64,000 bases of DNA from Mobula hypostoma (taxonomy: Eukaryota), in NCBI RefSeq assembly GCF_963921235.1, contig NC_086097.1:198774001-198838000 (forward strand), read 5' to 3'. Positions 36,378 to 48,709 of this stretch are shown one piece after another. The notes beneath the pieces are model-generated. The model was not told the DNA's origin. It ran no database searches and saw nothing but the letters and a program-made list of their open reading frames with translations. The stretch's first letter is position 1, and each line of letters starts with the position of its first letter. A program made the position numbers and the translations under genes.

Positions 36378-38468
36378 ACATTATATGTACCCTGAATTTC
36401 AGAGGGATCTCCAAAAAACCTGCCCTACCCCACGTGCAATCAGTATAATCACCCAATTTCAATCATGACAAGGGCAAGAATGGAGAGCAAATGGCTCCTT
36501 TCCCTTTCATCCCTTAACAACTTTTCATTTGAAGCAAATTATGCCTAGGAATTTCTAGTGCATGTGGTTTTAAAATGATTATAACATATAGGAGCAGAAT
36601 TAGGGCATTTTAGCCCATCAAGTCTGTTCCACAATTTCATCGTGGCTGAACTATTTCCCTCTCAACCCCACTATCCTATCTTCTCTCCATAATCTTTCAT
36701 GCCTTGACTAATCAAGAGCCTAACAACCTCGCCATTAAATGCACCCAGTGATCCGGCCTCCACAGCAACAAATTCCACAGATTCACCACCCTCTGGCTAA
36801 AGAAATTCCTCCTCACCCCTGCTGTAAATGGACATCTGATCCTAGACTAACCAAAAAGGAAACATCCTATTCACATCCACTCTCTGTAGGCCCTACAATA
36901 CTTGATAGGTTTCACTGCGATTTCCACCCCCCCCTTTCTAAATTCCATTGAATACAGGCCCAGAGCCTTCAGTCATTGCTCATATGATAACCCTTTCATT
37001 CCTGGAATCATTCTCGTAAACCTCCTCTCTAACCTCTCCAATGTCAGCACATCCTTTCTTAAACAAGGTGCCCAAAACTGCTCACAATACTCTTAAGTGA
37101 GGCTTCACCAGTGCCTCAGCATGACATCCTTGCTTTTATATTCTAGTCCTCTTGAAATGAATTGCATTCACCTTCCTCACCACTGATTCAATCTACAAAT
37201 TAACCTTTAGGGAATTCTGTACGATACTGCCAAATCCCTTTCGCACCTCAGATTTTTAAATTTTTTCCCAGTTTAGAAAATAGTATACGCTTTTATTCCT
37301 TTTACCAAAGTGTATGGTCATACACTTCCCAACCCTGTATTCCATCTGCCATCTCTTTGCCCATTCTCCTAATCTGTCTAAGGCCTTCTGCGGCATCTGT
37401 GCTTCCTTAAAACTGCCTTCCCCTACATCTGTCTTCGTATCATCGACAAACCTGGCCATAAAGCTGTTAATTTCATGATGTACAACGTGAAAAGAAGCGG
37501 TCCCAACATTGACCCCTCTGGAACACTACTAGTCACTAGCAGCCAATCTGAAAAAGATCCCTTTATTCCCACACTTTGCCTCCTGCCAATCAGCTCTATC
37601 CAGGCTAGTATCTTTCCTGGAATATTGTGGGCTCCTATGTATTTAGCAGCCTTGTGTGCAGCACCTTGTCAAAGGCCTTCTGAAAATCCAAGTCACAACA
37701 TTCACTGATTCTCCTTTGACTATCCTGCTTGTAATTTCTTTAAAGAAAGCCAACAGATTTGTCAAGCAAGGTTTTCCACACTAACTATGAACTATTTTAT
37801 CATGTGCCTCCAAGTACCCCAAAACCACATCCTTAACAATCGATTCCAACATCGAAGGCTGGGTAAGTTCCTTTAATTAATCTAATTAATTTAGGAGTAG
37901 GTAATGGAGACGGCAGTTCGGGCAGTTGAGTGCTCCGTTTGCAGTATGTGGGAAGTAAGGGCAAGCACAATTGTCCTTGATGACTACACCTGTAAAAGGT
38001 GCATCCAGCTGCAGCTCCTGACAAACCGAGTTAGGGAGCTGGAGCTGGATGAACTTCGGATCATTCATGAGGCAGAGGCAGAAATAGACAAGAGTTTCAG
38101 GGAGACAGTCACCCCTAAAAGTCAGGAGGCAGGTAGCTGGGTGACTGTTAGGAGAGGGAAGGGGAATAGACAGAATGAGCAGAGCACCCCTGTTGCCGTT
38201 CTCATCAATAATAAGTATACCGTTTTGGATACTGTTGACCTTCAAGGTCGGCGGAGGCGCGGCAGTGAAGGAGTAAGTGCAGGGATTGGCTGAGAAGGAG
38301 CAGTTGATGAAAAAGCCGGTTGTGAGCAGCCAGCAACACAGACCTTCAAGGTCGGTGGAGGTGCGGCAGCTGAAGCTAATTACTCAAATTATCAGCTAAT
38401 ATAAGCAAGGTTTGCTCTAAGGGAGCGGCCTTGTTGAGGGAAGTGCCTTGTGAGAAAAGTGCGAGTCT

Positions 38469-39458
38469 TTGGCGAGGAGGCTGAGAGAGGAGACTACGCC
38501 ACCGTTGGAGAGGGGGAGAAGTGGTGAGGAAATGACCTCTAGGCTGATTCAGTGTGCTGCGTGCATGATGTGGGAGGTCAGGGACATTGATGGTGCCTCT
38601 GGCTCCTACAACTGTGGAAAATGCATCCAGATTCAGCTTCTGAAGGACCATGTTGCAGCACTGGAGAAGCAACTGGATGACCTCAGTTTCATCCGGGAAA
38701 ACGGGAGTTTTCTGGACAGGACCTATAGCGAGGTCGTTACACCGAGGATACCAGAAGAGAGAAGGGGGGTGACGATGAGGAAGGAAAGGATGCTTGAAGT
38801 ACTGGAGACCCCGGAGGATGTACCTCTCATAAACAGGTTCACCCTCTTGGAAGCTGTTGGGACAGAAGACACTGCCAGCCTGAGAGGCGGTCAGGTCTGC
38901 GAGTTGAAAATTGGCTCAGAAGCAAAGCCAAGGAGACAGACGTCAGGCAGAGCCATGGTAGTAGGGGACTCCATAGTGAGAGGTACAGAAAGGGGTTTCT
39001 GCGGCAACAGGCGAGATTTAAGGATGGTGTGTTGCCTCCCTGGTGCCAGGATCCAGGATGTCACGGACTGGGTACAGGGAATCCTCAAGGGTGAAGGTGA
39101 ACAGCCGGAAGTGGTGATGCATGTCAGCACAAATGACGTCGGGAAGAAGAGGAAAGACATTCTGCAGAGTGAATTCAGAGAACTCGGAAGAAGGCTGAAA
39201 AGCAGGACTTCCAGGGTGGTTATCTCCAGTTTGCTTCCAGTTCCTCGTGCTGGAGAGGGCAGGAACAGGGAGATAATGGATCTGAAAGTGTGGCTGAGGA
39301 ACTGGTGCAGGAAGCAAGGATTTACATTCTTGGACCACTGGGGTATGTTTTGTGGTAAGAATGAATCGTACAAAAGGGATGGGTTGCACCTTAATAAGTG
39401 GGGGACCAGCATTCTGGCAGGCAGGTTTGCCACTGCAACACGGGTGTGTTTAAACTAA
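38469..39458 (+). CDS. CR1 ORF1 protein: Cys motif, coiled coil and SGNH/GDSL esterase domain (first ATG at 38532)
   Basis: CAAC...CGKC, LKDHVAALEKQLDDL, VVGDSIVRG, HVSTND, DGLHLN; uninterrupted frame. Confidence 0.85.
   Translation: MARRLREETTPPLERGRSGEEMTSRLIQCAACMMWEVRDIDGASGSYNCGKCIQIQLLKDHVAALEKQLDDLSFIRENGSFLDRTYSEVVTPRIPEERRGVTMRKERMLEVLETPEDVPLINRFTLLEAVGTEDTASLRGGQVCELKIGSEAKPRRQTSGRAMVVGDSIVRGTERGFCGNRRDLRMVCCLPGARIQDVTDWVQGILKGEGEQPEVVMHVSTNDVGKKRKDILQSEFRELGRRLKSRTSRVVISSLLPVPRAGEGRNREIMDLKVWLRNWCRKQGFTFLDHWGMFCGKNESYKRDGLHLNKWGTSILAGRFATATRVCLN
39449..39455 (+). promoter_or_regulatory. Candidate -1 frameshift slippery heptamer T_TTA_AAC at the CR1 ORF1/ORF2 junction (also 43086-43092 +, 22168-22174 -, 55934-55940 -)
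   Basis: In-phase X_XXY_YYZ directly before the ORF1 stop; ORF2 is open in the -1 frame. Confidence 0.6.
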
Positions 39459-42400
39459 GTAGTGGGGGGGAGGGGACGAACTGGAAACATAAGGATGGAG
39501 TTAAAGGGGAAATGAGAATAAGCAAAGTTAAGAAAGACAACAGAATCAACGGAGCAGAAAGTTCAAGAAGGAATCGTACAGTATGGCCAAGTGAAATAGG
39601 AATTGATATGAAAGGTGAGGGGAGTAATGAATTAAAAGTATTATATATGAATGCACGGAGTATAAGAAATAAAGTAGAAGAGCTTGAGGCACAGTTGGAA
39701 ATTGGTAAGTGTGATGTTGTGGGAATAACAGAGACATGGCTTCAAGTGGACAGGGCCTGGGAAATGAATATTCAAGGATATACGTCCTATGGCAAGGACA
39801 GATTGATGGGCAGAGGGGGTGGGGTGGCTCTGTTGGTGAGGAATGATATTCAGTCCCTTGCGAGGGGGAACATAGAATCAGGAGACGTAGAGTTAGTATG
39901 GATAGAACTGAGAAATTCTAAGGGTAGAAAGACCCAAATGGGAGTTATCTACAGGCCCCCAAACAGTAGTCTGGATGTAGGGTGCAAGTTGAATCAAGAG
40001 TTAAAATTGGCACGTAGCAAAGGTGATGCTACAGTTGTTATGGGGGATTTCAACATGCAGGTAGACTGAAAGAATCAGGTTGGTGCTGGACCCCAAGAAA
40101 GGGAGTTTGTGGAGTGCCTCCGAGATGGATTCTTCGAACAGCTTGTACTAGAGCCTACCAGAGAGAACACAATTCTAGATTTAGTATTGTGCAGTGAACT
40201 GGATTTGATCAGGGACCTCGAGGTAAAGGAGCCATTAGGAGGTAGTGACCATAATATGATAAGTTTTAATCTACAAATTGAGAGGGAGAAGGGAAATCAG
40301 AAGTGTCAGTATTACAGTTGAACAAAGGGAACTATGGAGCTATGTGGGAGGAGCTGGCCAAAGTTCAATGGAACAATACCCTAGCAGGGATGACAGTGGA
40401 ACAACAATGGCAGGTATTTCTGGGAATAATACAGAAAGTGCAGGATCAGTTCATTCCAAAGAGGAAGAAAGATTCTATGGGGAGTAAGGGGAGGCCGTGG
40501 CTGACAAGGGAAGTAAAGGACAGTATAAAGATAAAAGAGAAGAAGTATAACATAGCAAAAATGAGTGGGAAGCCGGAGGATTGGAAAACTTTTAAAGAGC
40601 AACAGAAGATAACTAAAAAGGCAATACGCGGAGAAAAAATGAAGGTAAGCTAGCCAAGAATATAAAGGAGGATAGTAAAAGCTTCTTTAGGTATGTGAAA
40701 AGGAAAAAAAAGTTACGACCAAAATTGGGCCCTTGAAGACAGAAAAGGATGAATTTATTAGGGGAACAAGGAAATGGCAGACGAGTTGAACAGGTACTTT
40801 GGATCTGTCTTCACTAGGGGAGATACAAACAATCTCCCAGATATAATAGTGGCCAAAGGACCTAGAGTAATGGATGAACTGAAGGAAATTTATATTAGGC
40901 AGGAAATGGTGTTGGATAGACTGTTGGGTCTGAAGGCTGATAGTCCCTGGGACCTGATGGTCTGCATCCCAGGGTACTTAAGGAGGCGGCTTTAGAAATC
41001 GTGGATGCATTGGTAATCATCTTCCAATATTCTATAGATTCAGGATCAGTTCCTGTGGATTAGAGGGTGGCTAATGTTGTCCCACTCTTCAAGAAAGGAG
41101 GGAGAGAGAAAACGGGGAATTATAGACCAGTTAGCCTGACGTCAGTGATGGGAAAGATGCTGGAGTCAATTATGAAAGATGAAATTACGACACATTTGGA
41201 TGGCAGTAACAAGATAGGTCCGAGTCAGCATGGATTTACGAAGGGAAATCATGCTTGACTAATCTTCTGGAATTTTTTGAGCATGTAACTATGATAATGG
41301 ACAAGGGAGAGCCAGTAGATGTAGTGTACCAGGACTTTTAGAAAGCCTTTGATACAGTCCTTTGATATAGGAGATTAGTGGGTAAAATTAGGGCACATGG
41401 TATTGGGGGCAGAGTACTGACATGGATTGAAAATTGGCTGGCTGACAGAAAACAAAGAGTAGCGATTAATGGGTCCCTTTCGGAATGGCAGGCAGTGACC
41501 AGTGGGGTACCGCAGGGTTCAGTGCTGGGACCACAGCTGTTTACAATATACATTAATGATTTAGTTGAAGGGATTAAAAGGAACATTAGCAAATTTGCCG
41601 ATACACAAAGCTGGGTGGCAGTGTGAAATGTGAGGAGGATGTTATGAGAATGCAGGGTGACTTGGACAGGCTGGGTGAGTGGGCAGATGCAGTTTAATCT
41701 GGATAAATGTGAGGTTATCCACTTTGGTGGTAAGAACAGGAAGGCAGATTATTATCTAAATGGAGTCAAGTTAGGAAAAGGGGAAGTACAACGAGATCTA
41801 GGTGTTCTTGTACATCAGTCACTGAAAGCAAGCATGCAGGTACAGCAGGCAGTGAAGAAAGCTAATGGCATGCTGGCCTTCATAACAAGGGGAATTGAGT
41901 ATAAGAGCAAAGAGGTCCTTCTGCAGCTGTACAGGGCCCTGGTGAGACCACACCTGGAGTACTGTGCGCAGTTTTGGTCTCCAAATTTGAGGAAGGACAT
42001 TCTTGCTATTGAGCGAGTGGAGCATAGGTTCACAAGGTTAATTCCCAGGATGGCGGGACTGTCACATGTTGAAAGATTGGAGCGACTGGGCTTGTACACA
42101 CTGGAATTTAGAAGGCTGAGAGGGGATCTGATTGAAACATATAAGATTATTAAGGGATTGGATAGGCTGGAGGCAGGAAGCATGTTCCCGCTGATGGGTG
42201 AGTCCAGAACCAGAGACCACAGTTTAAGAATAAGGGATAGGCTATTTAGAACGGAGTTGAGGAAACACTTTTTCACACAGAGAGTGGTGGATATGTGGAA
42301 TGCTCTGCCTCAGAAGGCAGTAGAGGCCCAGTCTCTGGATGCTTTCAAGAAAGAGATGGCTAGAGCTCTTAAAGATAGCGGAATCAAAGGTTATGAGGAT

Positions 42401-44280
42401 AAGGCAGGAACTGGATACTGATTGTGGATGATCAGCCATGATCACAGTGAATGGTGGTGCTGGCTCAAAGGGCCGAATGGCCTACTCCTATACCTATTGT
42501 CTACTGTCTGTTGATGACCTACCAGGGACAAGTTGCAGTGATCGCGTCTCTGGCACTGAGACTGGACCCTCAGCTCGGAAGGGAAGGAGGGAAAAGAGGA
42601 GAGCAGTAGTGATAGGGGATTCAATGTTAGGGGGACAGATAAGAGGTTCTGTGGGAGAGATCGAGAATCCCGGATGGTCTGTTGCCTCCCTGGTGCCAAG
42701 GTCCGAAATATCTCGGATCGAGTTCTCGGTATTCTCAGGAGGGAGGGTGAACAGCCAAATGTCGTCGTTCATATAGGGACCAATAATGTGTATAGGAAGG
42801 AGGAGGGGAGTTTAGGCAGTTAGGTGCAAAGTTGAAGGACAGGACCTCTAGGGTTGCAATCTCAGGATTGCTACCCGGGCCATGTGCCAGTGAGACTAGA
42901 AACAGGAAGATAATGCAACTAAATACATGGCTAAGGAGTTGGTGCAGGAGGGAGGGCTTCATGTTTCTGGACAATTGGGCCTTGTTCCAGGGAAGATGGG
43001 ACCTGTTCCGACAGGATGGGTTGCACCTGAACTGGAGGGGGACTAACATCCTTGCGGGAAGGTTTGCTAGTGCTGCTCCGGGGGGTTTAAACTAGATTTG
43101 CAGGGGGAGGGGGACCAGAGTGTTAGAGCAGATAGTGAGGTGGAGTAGGATAAAGGTCATGCGAGAACTGCAAGTATAGTGCATGGAGTAAAGCCAGACC
43201 TAACGTATAAAGAGGCTTTGAGGAACGAGAAGCAGAATAAAGGGTGTAAAGGTGGTAAGGTAGAAAGGCTAAAGTGCGTGTACTTCAATGCAAGAAGCAT
43301 CAGGATCAAAGGTGATGAACTGAGAGCTTGGATACATACATGGAATTATGATGTAGTGGCCATTACAGAGACTTGGCTGGCACCAAGGCAGGAATGGATT
43401 CTCAATATTCCTGGATTTCAGTGCTTTAAAAGGGATAGAGGGGGGGAAAGGGGAGGGGTGGCATTACTGGTCAGGGATACTATTACAGCTACAGAAAGGG
43501 TGGGTTATGTAGCAGGATCTTCCTGAGTCAGTATGGGTGGAAGTCAGGAACAGGAAGAGAGCAGTTATTCTATTGGGAGTATTCTATAGGCCCCCTGGTA
43601 GCAGCAGAGATACCGAGGAGCAGATTGGGAGGCAGATTTTGGAAAGGTGCAAAAATAACAGGGTTGTTATCATGGGTGACTTTAACTTCCCTAATATTGA
43701 TTGGCACCTGATTAGTTCCAATGGTTTAGATGGGGTAGAGTTTGTTAAGTGTGTCCAGGATGGATTCCTGTCACAGTATGTTGACAAGCCGACTAGGGGA
43801 AATACCATACTAGATCTAGTACTAGGTAATGAACCGGGTCAGTTCACAGATCTCTCAGTGGGAGAGCATCTGGGAGATAGTGACCACCGCTCCTTGGCCT
43901 TTAACATTAACATGGAAAAGGATAGAATCAGAGAGGACAGGAAAATTTTTAATTGGGGAAGGGCAAATTATGAAGCTATAAGGCTAAAACCTGTGGGTGT
44001 GAATTGGGATGATGTTTTTGCGGGGAAATGTACTATGGACATGTGGTCGATGTTTAGGCATCTCTTGCAGGATGTTAGGGATAAATTTGTCCTGGTGAAG
44101 AAGATAAAGAATGGTAGGGTGAAGGAACCATGGGTGACAAGTGAGGTAAAAATCTAGTCAGGTGGAAGAAGGCAGCATACATGAGGTTTAAGAAGCAAGG
44201 ATCAGATGGGTCTATTGAGGAATATAGGGTAGCATAAAGGAGCTTAAGAAGGGGCTGAGGAGAGCAAGAAGGGGGCATGA

Positions 44281-45241
44281 GTGCACATGCACCGGTCATG
44301 CATGCAGCCTGTTACAGCCGTTCTGACTGGTATTCTTACTTTTAAACTTATGTTATTTTTTGGTTTTTTTTCTCACGGTAACACGTCAAAGCTGCACCCT
44401 CTCTAACATGCTGGTAGAGAGAGTTTTATTTGGGTTTTTAGCGCTGGAAATAGTTACATTCTGACATGTCTCATTAGTGGGACAGAAGCATGGTCGCATT
44501 GTTTATTCCAGGGACCAGCTGCTTGCGCTTATGCCGGCCGGTTTAGCGAGCAGACCGGCGGACACCCCAGCTGAAATCTGGAGGAAAACACACAGAGGAT
44601 GCAGAGGCGGATCACAAAGTTGAGGAAAGAGGACCGGGTTGAGACAACAGAGACTTATGGAGAAGAGGAGTTCAGTGGGTAATAAAATGGACGAGTTCAC
44701 AGCGCTAGCCAGGCATCAGAGAACATTTCGGGAGTGCAGTGTTATGTGTTTCACTGGAACGGGGTTACACGAGGACATACCTGATCAAGACCTTTCCATG
44801 GACAGCTTCCAGACCGTTCGGGCTGACTGGAGGTGCACTGAGAGCGGTAAGCGTAAAGGAGTTGGGTGCTTACTGTTCTGGTTAACAACAGATGGTGCAA
44901 TCCGGGTCATATTACGATCAAGGAACGTATTTGTAGACCAGATATTGAACTTTTTGCTGCTGGACTTCAGCCATATTCCACCAAGATACAACACTGGGCG
45001 GCACGGGAGGTTGTTCCTGCCTGTGGCCATCATACTTTGCAGCTCCTCCCATGGAGGGTCAGACACCCTGAGCCAATAGGCTGGTCCTGGACTTATTTTC
45101 CATCTGGCATAGTTTGCAATTTGTTGTTTAATTGTTTGTGGTTTTTGTATTGCTATATTTATGCTCTATTCGTGGTTGGTGCGGCTGTAACGAAACCCAA
45201 TTTCCCTCGGGTTTCAGTAAAGTATATCTCTCTATCTATCT
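44281..45241 (+). mobile_element. Internally deleted Rex1-type LINE (5' end and start of endonuclease joined to the 3' end)
   Basis: SVGNKMDEFTAL...CSVMCFTGT..HEDIPD, then a jump at about 44975 to PPRYNT..FLPVAI; ATGAG duplicated at the flanks. Confidence 0.8.
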
Positions 45242-47782
45242 ATGAGAAGGCCTTGGCGAGTAGGGTAAAGGAAAACCCCAAGGCATTCTTCAATTATGTG
45301 AAGAACAAAAGGATGACAGGAGTAAAGGTAGGACCGATTAGAGATAAAGGTGGGACGATATGGCTGGAGGCTGTGGAAGTGAGCGAGGTCCTCACTGAAT
45401 ACTTCCCTTTGCTATTCACCAATGAGAGGGAACTTGATGACGGTGAGAACAATATGAGTGAGGTTGACGTTTTGGAGCATGTTGATATTAAGGGAGAGGA
45501 GGTGTTGGAGTTGTTAAAATACACTAGGATGGGTAAGTCCCCGGGGCCTGATGGAATATTCCCCAGGCTGCTCCATGAGGCGAGGGAAGAGATTGCTGAG
45601 CCTCTGGCTAGGATCTTTATGTCCTTGTTGTCCAAAGGAATGGTACTGGAGGATTGGAGGGAGGCGAATGTTGTCCCCTTGTTCAAAAAAGGTAGTAGGG
45701 ATAGTCCGGGTAATTATAGACCAGTGAGCCTTACGTCTGTAGTGGCAAAGCTGTTGGAAAAGATTCTTAGAGATAGGATCATGGTCTGATCAGGGACAGT
45801 CAGCATGGCTTTGTGAAGAGCAGATCGTGTCTAATAAGCCTGATAGAGTTCTTTGAGGTGGTGACCAGGCATATAGATGAGGGTAGTGCAGTGGATGTGA
45901 TCTACATGGATTTTAGTAAGGCATTTGACAAGGTTCCACACTGTGGGCTTATTCAGAAAGTCAGAAGGCATGGGATCCAGGGAAGTTTGGCCAGGTGGAT
46001 TCAGAATTGGCTTGCCTGCAGAAGGCAGAGGGTCGTTGTGGAGGGAGTACATTCAGTTTGGAGGATTGTGACTAGTGATGTCTCACAAGGATCGGTTCTG
46101 GGACCTCAACTTTTCGTGATTTTTATTAACGACCTGTATGTGGGGGTGGAAGGGTGGGTTGGCAAGTTTGCAGATGACACAAGGTTGGTGGTGTTGTGGA
46201 TAGTGTAGAGGACTGTCGAAGATTGCAGAGAGACATTGATAGGATGCAGAAGTGGGCTGGGAAGTGGCAGATGGAGTTCAACCCGGAGAAGTGTGAGGTG
46301 GTACACTTTGGAAGGACAAACTCCAAGACAGAGTACAAAATAAATGGCAGGATACTTGGTAGTGTGGAGGAGCAGAGGGGTCTGGGGGGTACATGTCCAC
46401 AGATCCCTGAAAGTTGCCTCACAGGTAGATAGGGTAGTTAAGAAAGCTTATGGGGTGTTAGCTTTCATAAGTCGAGGGATAGAGTTTAAGAGTCACGAGG
46501 TAGTGATGTAGCCCCATAAAACTCTGGTTAGGCCATACTTGGAGTACTGTGGCCAGTTCTGGTTTACTCACTATAGGAAGGATGTGGAAGCATTGGAAAG
46601 GGTACAGAGGAGATTTACCAGGATGCTGCCTGGTTTAGGGAGTATGCATTATGATCAGAGATTAAGGGAGCTAGGGCTTTATTCTTTGGAGAGAAGGAGG
46701 GTGAGAGGAGACATGATAGAGGTATACAAGATATTAAGAGGAATAGACAGAGTGGATAGCCAGCATCTCTTCCCCAGGGCATCACTGCTCAATGCAAGAG
46801 GACATGGCTTTAAGGTAAGGGGTGGGAAGTTCAAGGGGGATATTAGAGGAAGGTTTTTTTATTCAGAGAGTGGTTGGTGCGTGGAATGCTCTGCCTGAGA
46901 CAGTGGTGGAGGCAGATACACTTGTGAAATTTAAGAGACTACTGGACAGGTATCCCTGCTAATGGCCCAATCAACTTTGGCTGGCTCCTTTTCCATACTG
47001 TAATTTCCGTTACTTCACTGTAGTACCAATGCTTCTGACTTTGAGAGAGAGAGAGAGAGAGAGAGAAGCTAATTTGCAGGGTGAATTCTGTCATATTATG
47101 ATCACTACCTCCCAAGGGTTCCATTACCTTAAGCTCCCTAATCATGTCCGATTCATTACACAACACCCAATCCAGAATTGCTGATCCCCTAGTGTACTCA
47201 ACCACATGCTGCTCCAAAAAGCCATCTCATAAGCATTCCAAAAATTCTCCCTCTTGGGATCGAGCATCAACTTGATTTTCCCAATCTATCTGCATATTGA
47301 AATCTCCCATGACTAATATAACATTTTTTTTTGACATGCTCTTTGTCTCCTGCTGTAATTTGCAGACCACGTCCTGGCTACTGCTTGGAGGCCAAATAAC
47401 TCCCATCCCTATCAGGGTCGTCTTATCCTTGCTGTTTCTTAACTTGAGGATCTCAGCAATTCTAAGAGCATCTGGGGGTGGCATAGAGGGAGGAAAAGAA
47501 AGGAACAGTAAGGAACAGTCAATATTTCAAGCTGAAAGCCTGCATCAGATTCTCAAAGTGTTTTTGAAATAAAAGATAATCAATGTTGTTGTGGAATAGA
47601 AAGGCAGGCTTGAGGGACCAAATGTTCTAGCCCCTGTTCCTGTTTGTTATGTTTGAATATATAAATACATTTTCCAGAAAAGAATGTTGTATTATATTGT
47701 CTGGATCAGTTTCTATTCATGAGATGTAGGTTTTGACATGGTTTTTAAAAACCTGTCATGTAATTTGTTTATCTTTGATAAG

Positions 47783-47909
47783 ATGCACCGTGGTGTGGAG
47801 TAAAGAACACTCATGCAGGCGCTAAATATGTGAAAACAACTTTTCCAACAAAGAAGAAGTGGGAAGAAGGATATTGCCTTAAGGATAGGAATGAACCATG
47901 CCATATTAT
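47783..47909 (+). CDS. TATDN1: TATDN1 penultimate-type exon ([43 protein letters not shown])
   Basis: aag acceptor and gtaagt donor; 127 nt; DAPW and RNEP motifs; terminal exon not found in the window. Confidence 0.96.
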
Positions 47910-48695
47910 GTAAGTATTCTTACTAAAGAAATTCCTTCCTTCTCCCCCACCCCATCCTTCAGTAATTCAAGTTATGGCAAGTATTGCTGTGATTCTCTTA
48001 TCCTTATTGTAAACATAGGGCCATTGGGGACATACTTTCAAGGTATCACATATGCTAGCAATTAATGTTGTGTGACTAAGAAACTGCTATTCAGCATGCT
48101 TCATTAACTGCATCATATTTTGGTATCCATTAACACCACTAGTTCCATTTGCTATGTTTCATCCAAGATAGAACATGGCATTAGGCACAATTCCCTGTAT
48201 AAATCAATAAACAAAGCATTCAATGAACAAGCCTCTTATTGTTATACCCCCCTTATCAATTCAAATGTTGGCTTGGCCTGTCTAGCTAACGTGTCAAATT
48301 CTCATTGGCTCTGATTTGAGCCAACATCATTTTATTGCCTTTCCTTCAAGTGAGAAGTTGTAATAAATGTCTCTTTGTTCTGAATCAGAGCAGACCAGCC
48401 CTTTACTAGGCTCAGGTCAAACACAGATTTCCTTATTCATAAACCTGCATGTTTTATCTTTCCAAAGAACACGTCACAAATAACTTATTAATTGGAAATT
48501 ACCTCTATTCGTGAGCAAAACCAGTTCACAAGACAGCACACAAAATGGAGGTTACCAAGCAGCTACCCAAAATAAGAGCTTCCATTCATTCAACCACATG
48601 GCAAGAACAACGACAACTGGTTTGTCTACTTCCACTGTCCTGACTCATTCAAGTTTGATGTTTTCTTCCATATTTTACTTCCTTAATGGCCAATA

Positions 48696-48708
48696 TCTCT
48701 TCCCTTTT
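48696..48708 (-). promoter_or_regulatory. Polypurine tract of the provirus
   Basis: AAAAGGGAAGAGA on the minus strand directly before the 3' LTR start TATTGGCC. Confidence 0.75.
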
Positions 48709-48709
48709 G

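Larger units (their letters stand above)
38237..42507 (+). mobile_element. Full-length CR1 of a second family with open ORF1 and disrupted ORF2
   Basis: 5' tandem repeat, ORF1, APE-RT and 3' tail; CTGTTGA at both flanks (38232-38238 and 42508-42514). Confidence 0.92.
37853..46950 (+). mobile_element. Near-full-length CR1 (ORF1 from 37904, resuming at about 42510; ORF2 from about 43090) carrying two nested insertions
   Basis: ORF1 N-terminus CSVC..CKRC...VLDTV continues as DDLPGTSC after 42510; ORF2 is the same family as 19178-22943. Confidence 0.88.
36585..47450 (-). mobile_element. Old CR1 split into 36585-37852 and 46951-47450 by nested plus-strand insertions
   Basis: RT and 3' part on the left; endonuclease part (MGDFNMQIDW, EPLGGSDHN) on the right; same strand and order. 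Confidence 0.7.

Noticed and set aside
47043..47066. (GA)n tract
   Set aside because: Ordinary microsatellite within a CR1 fragment
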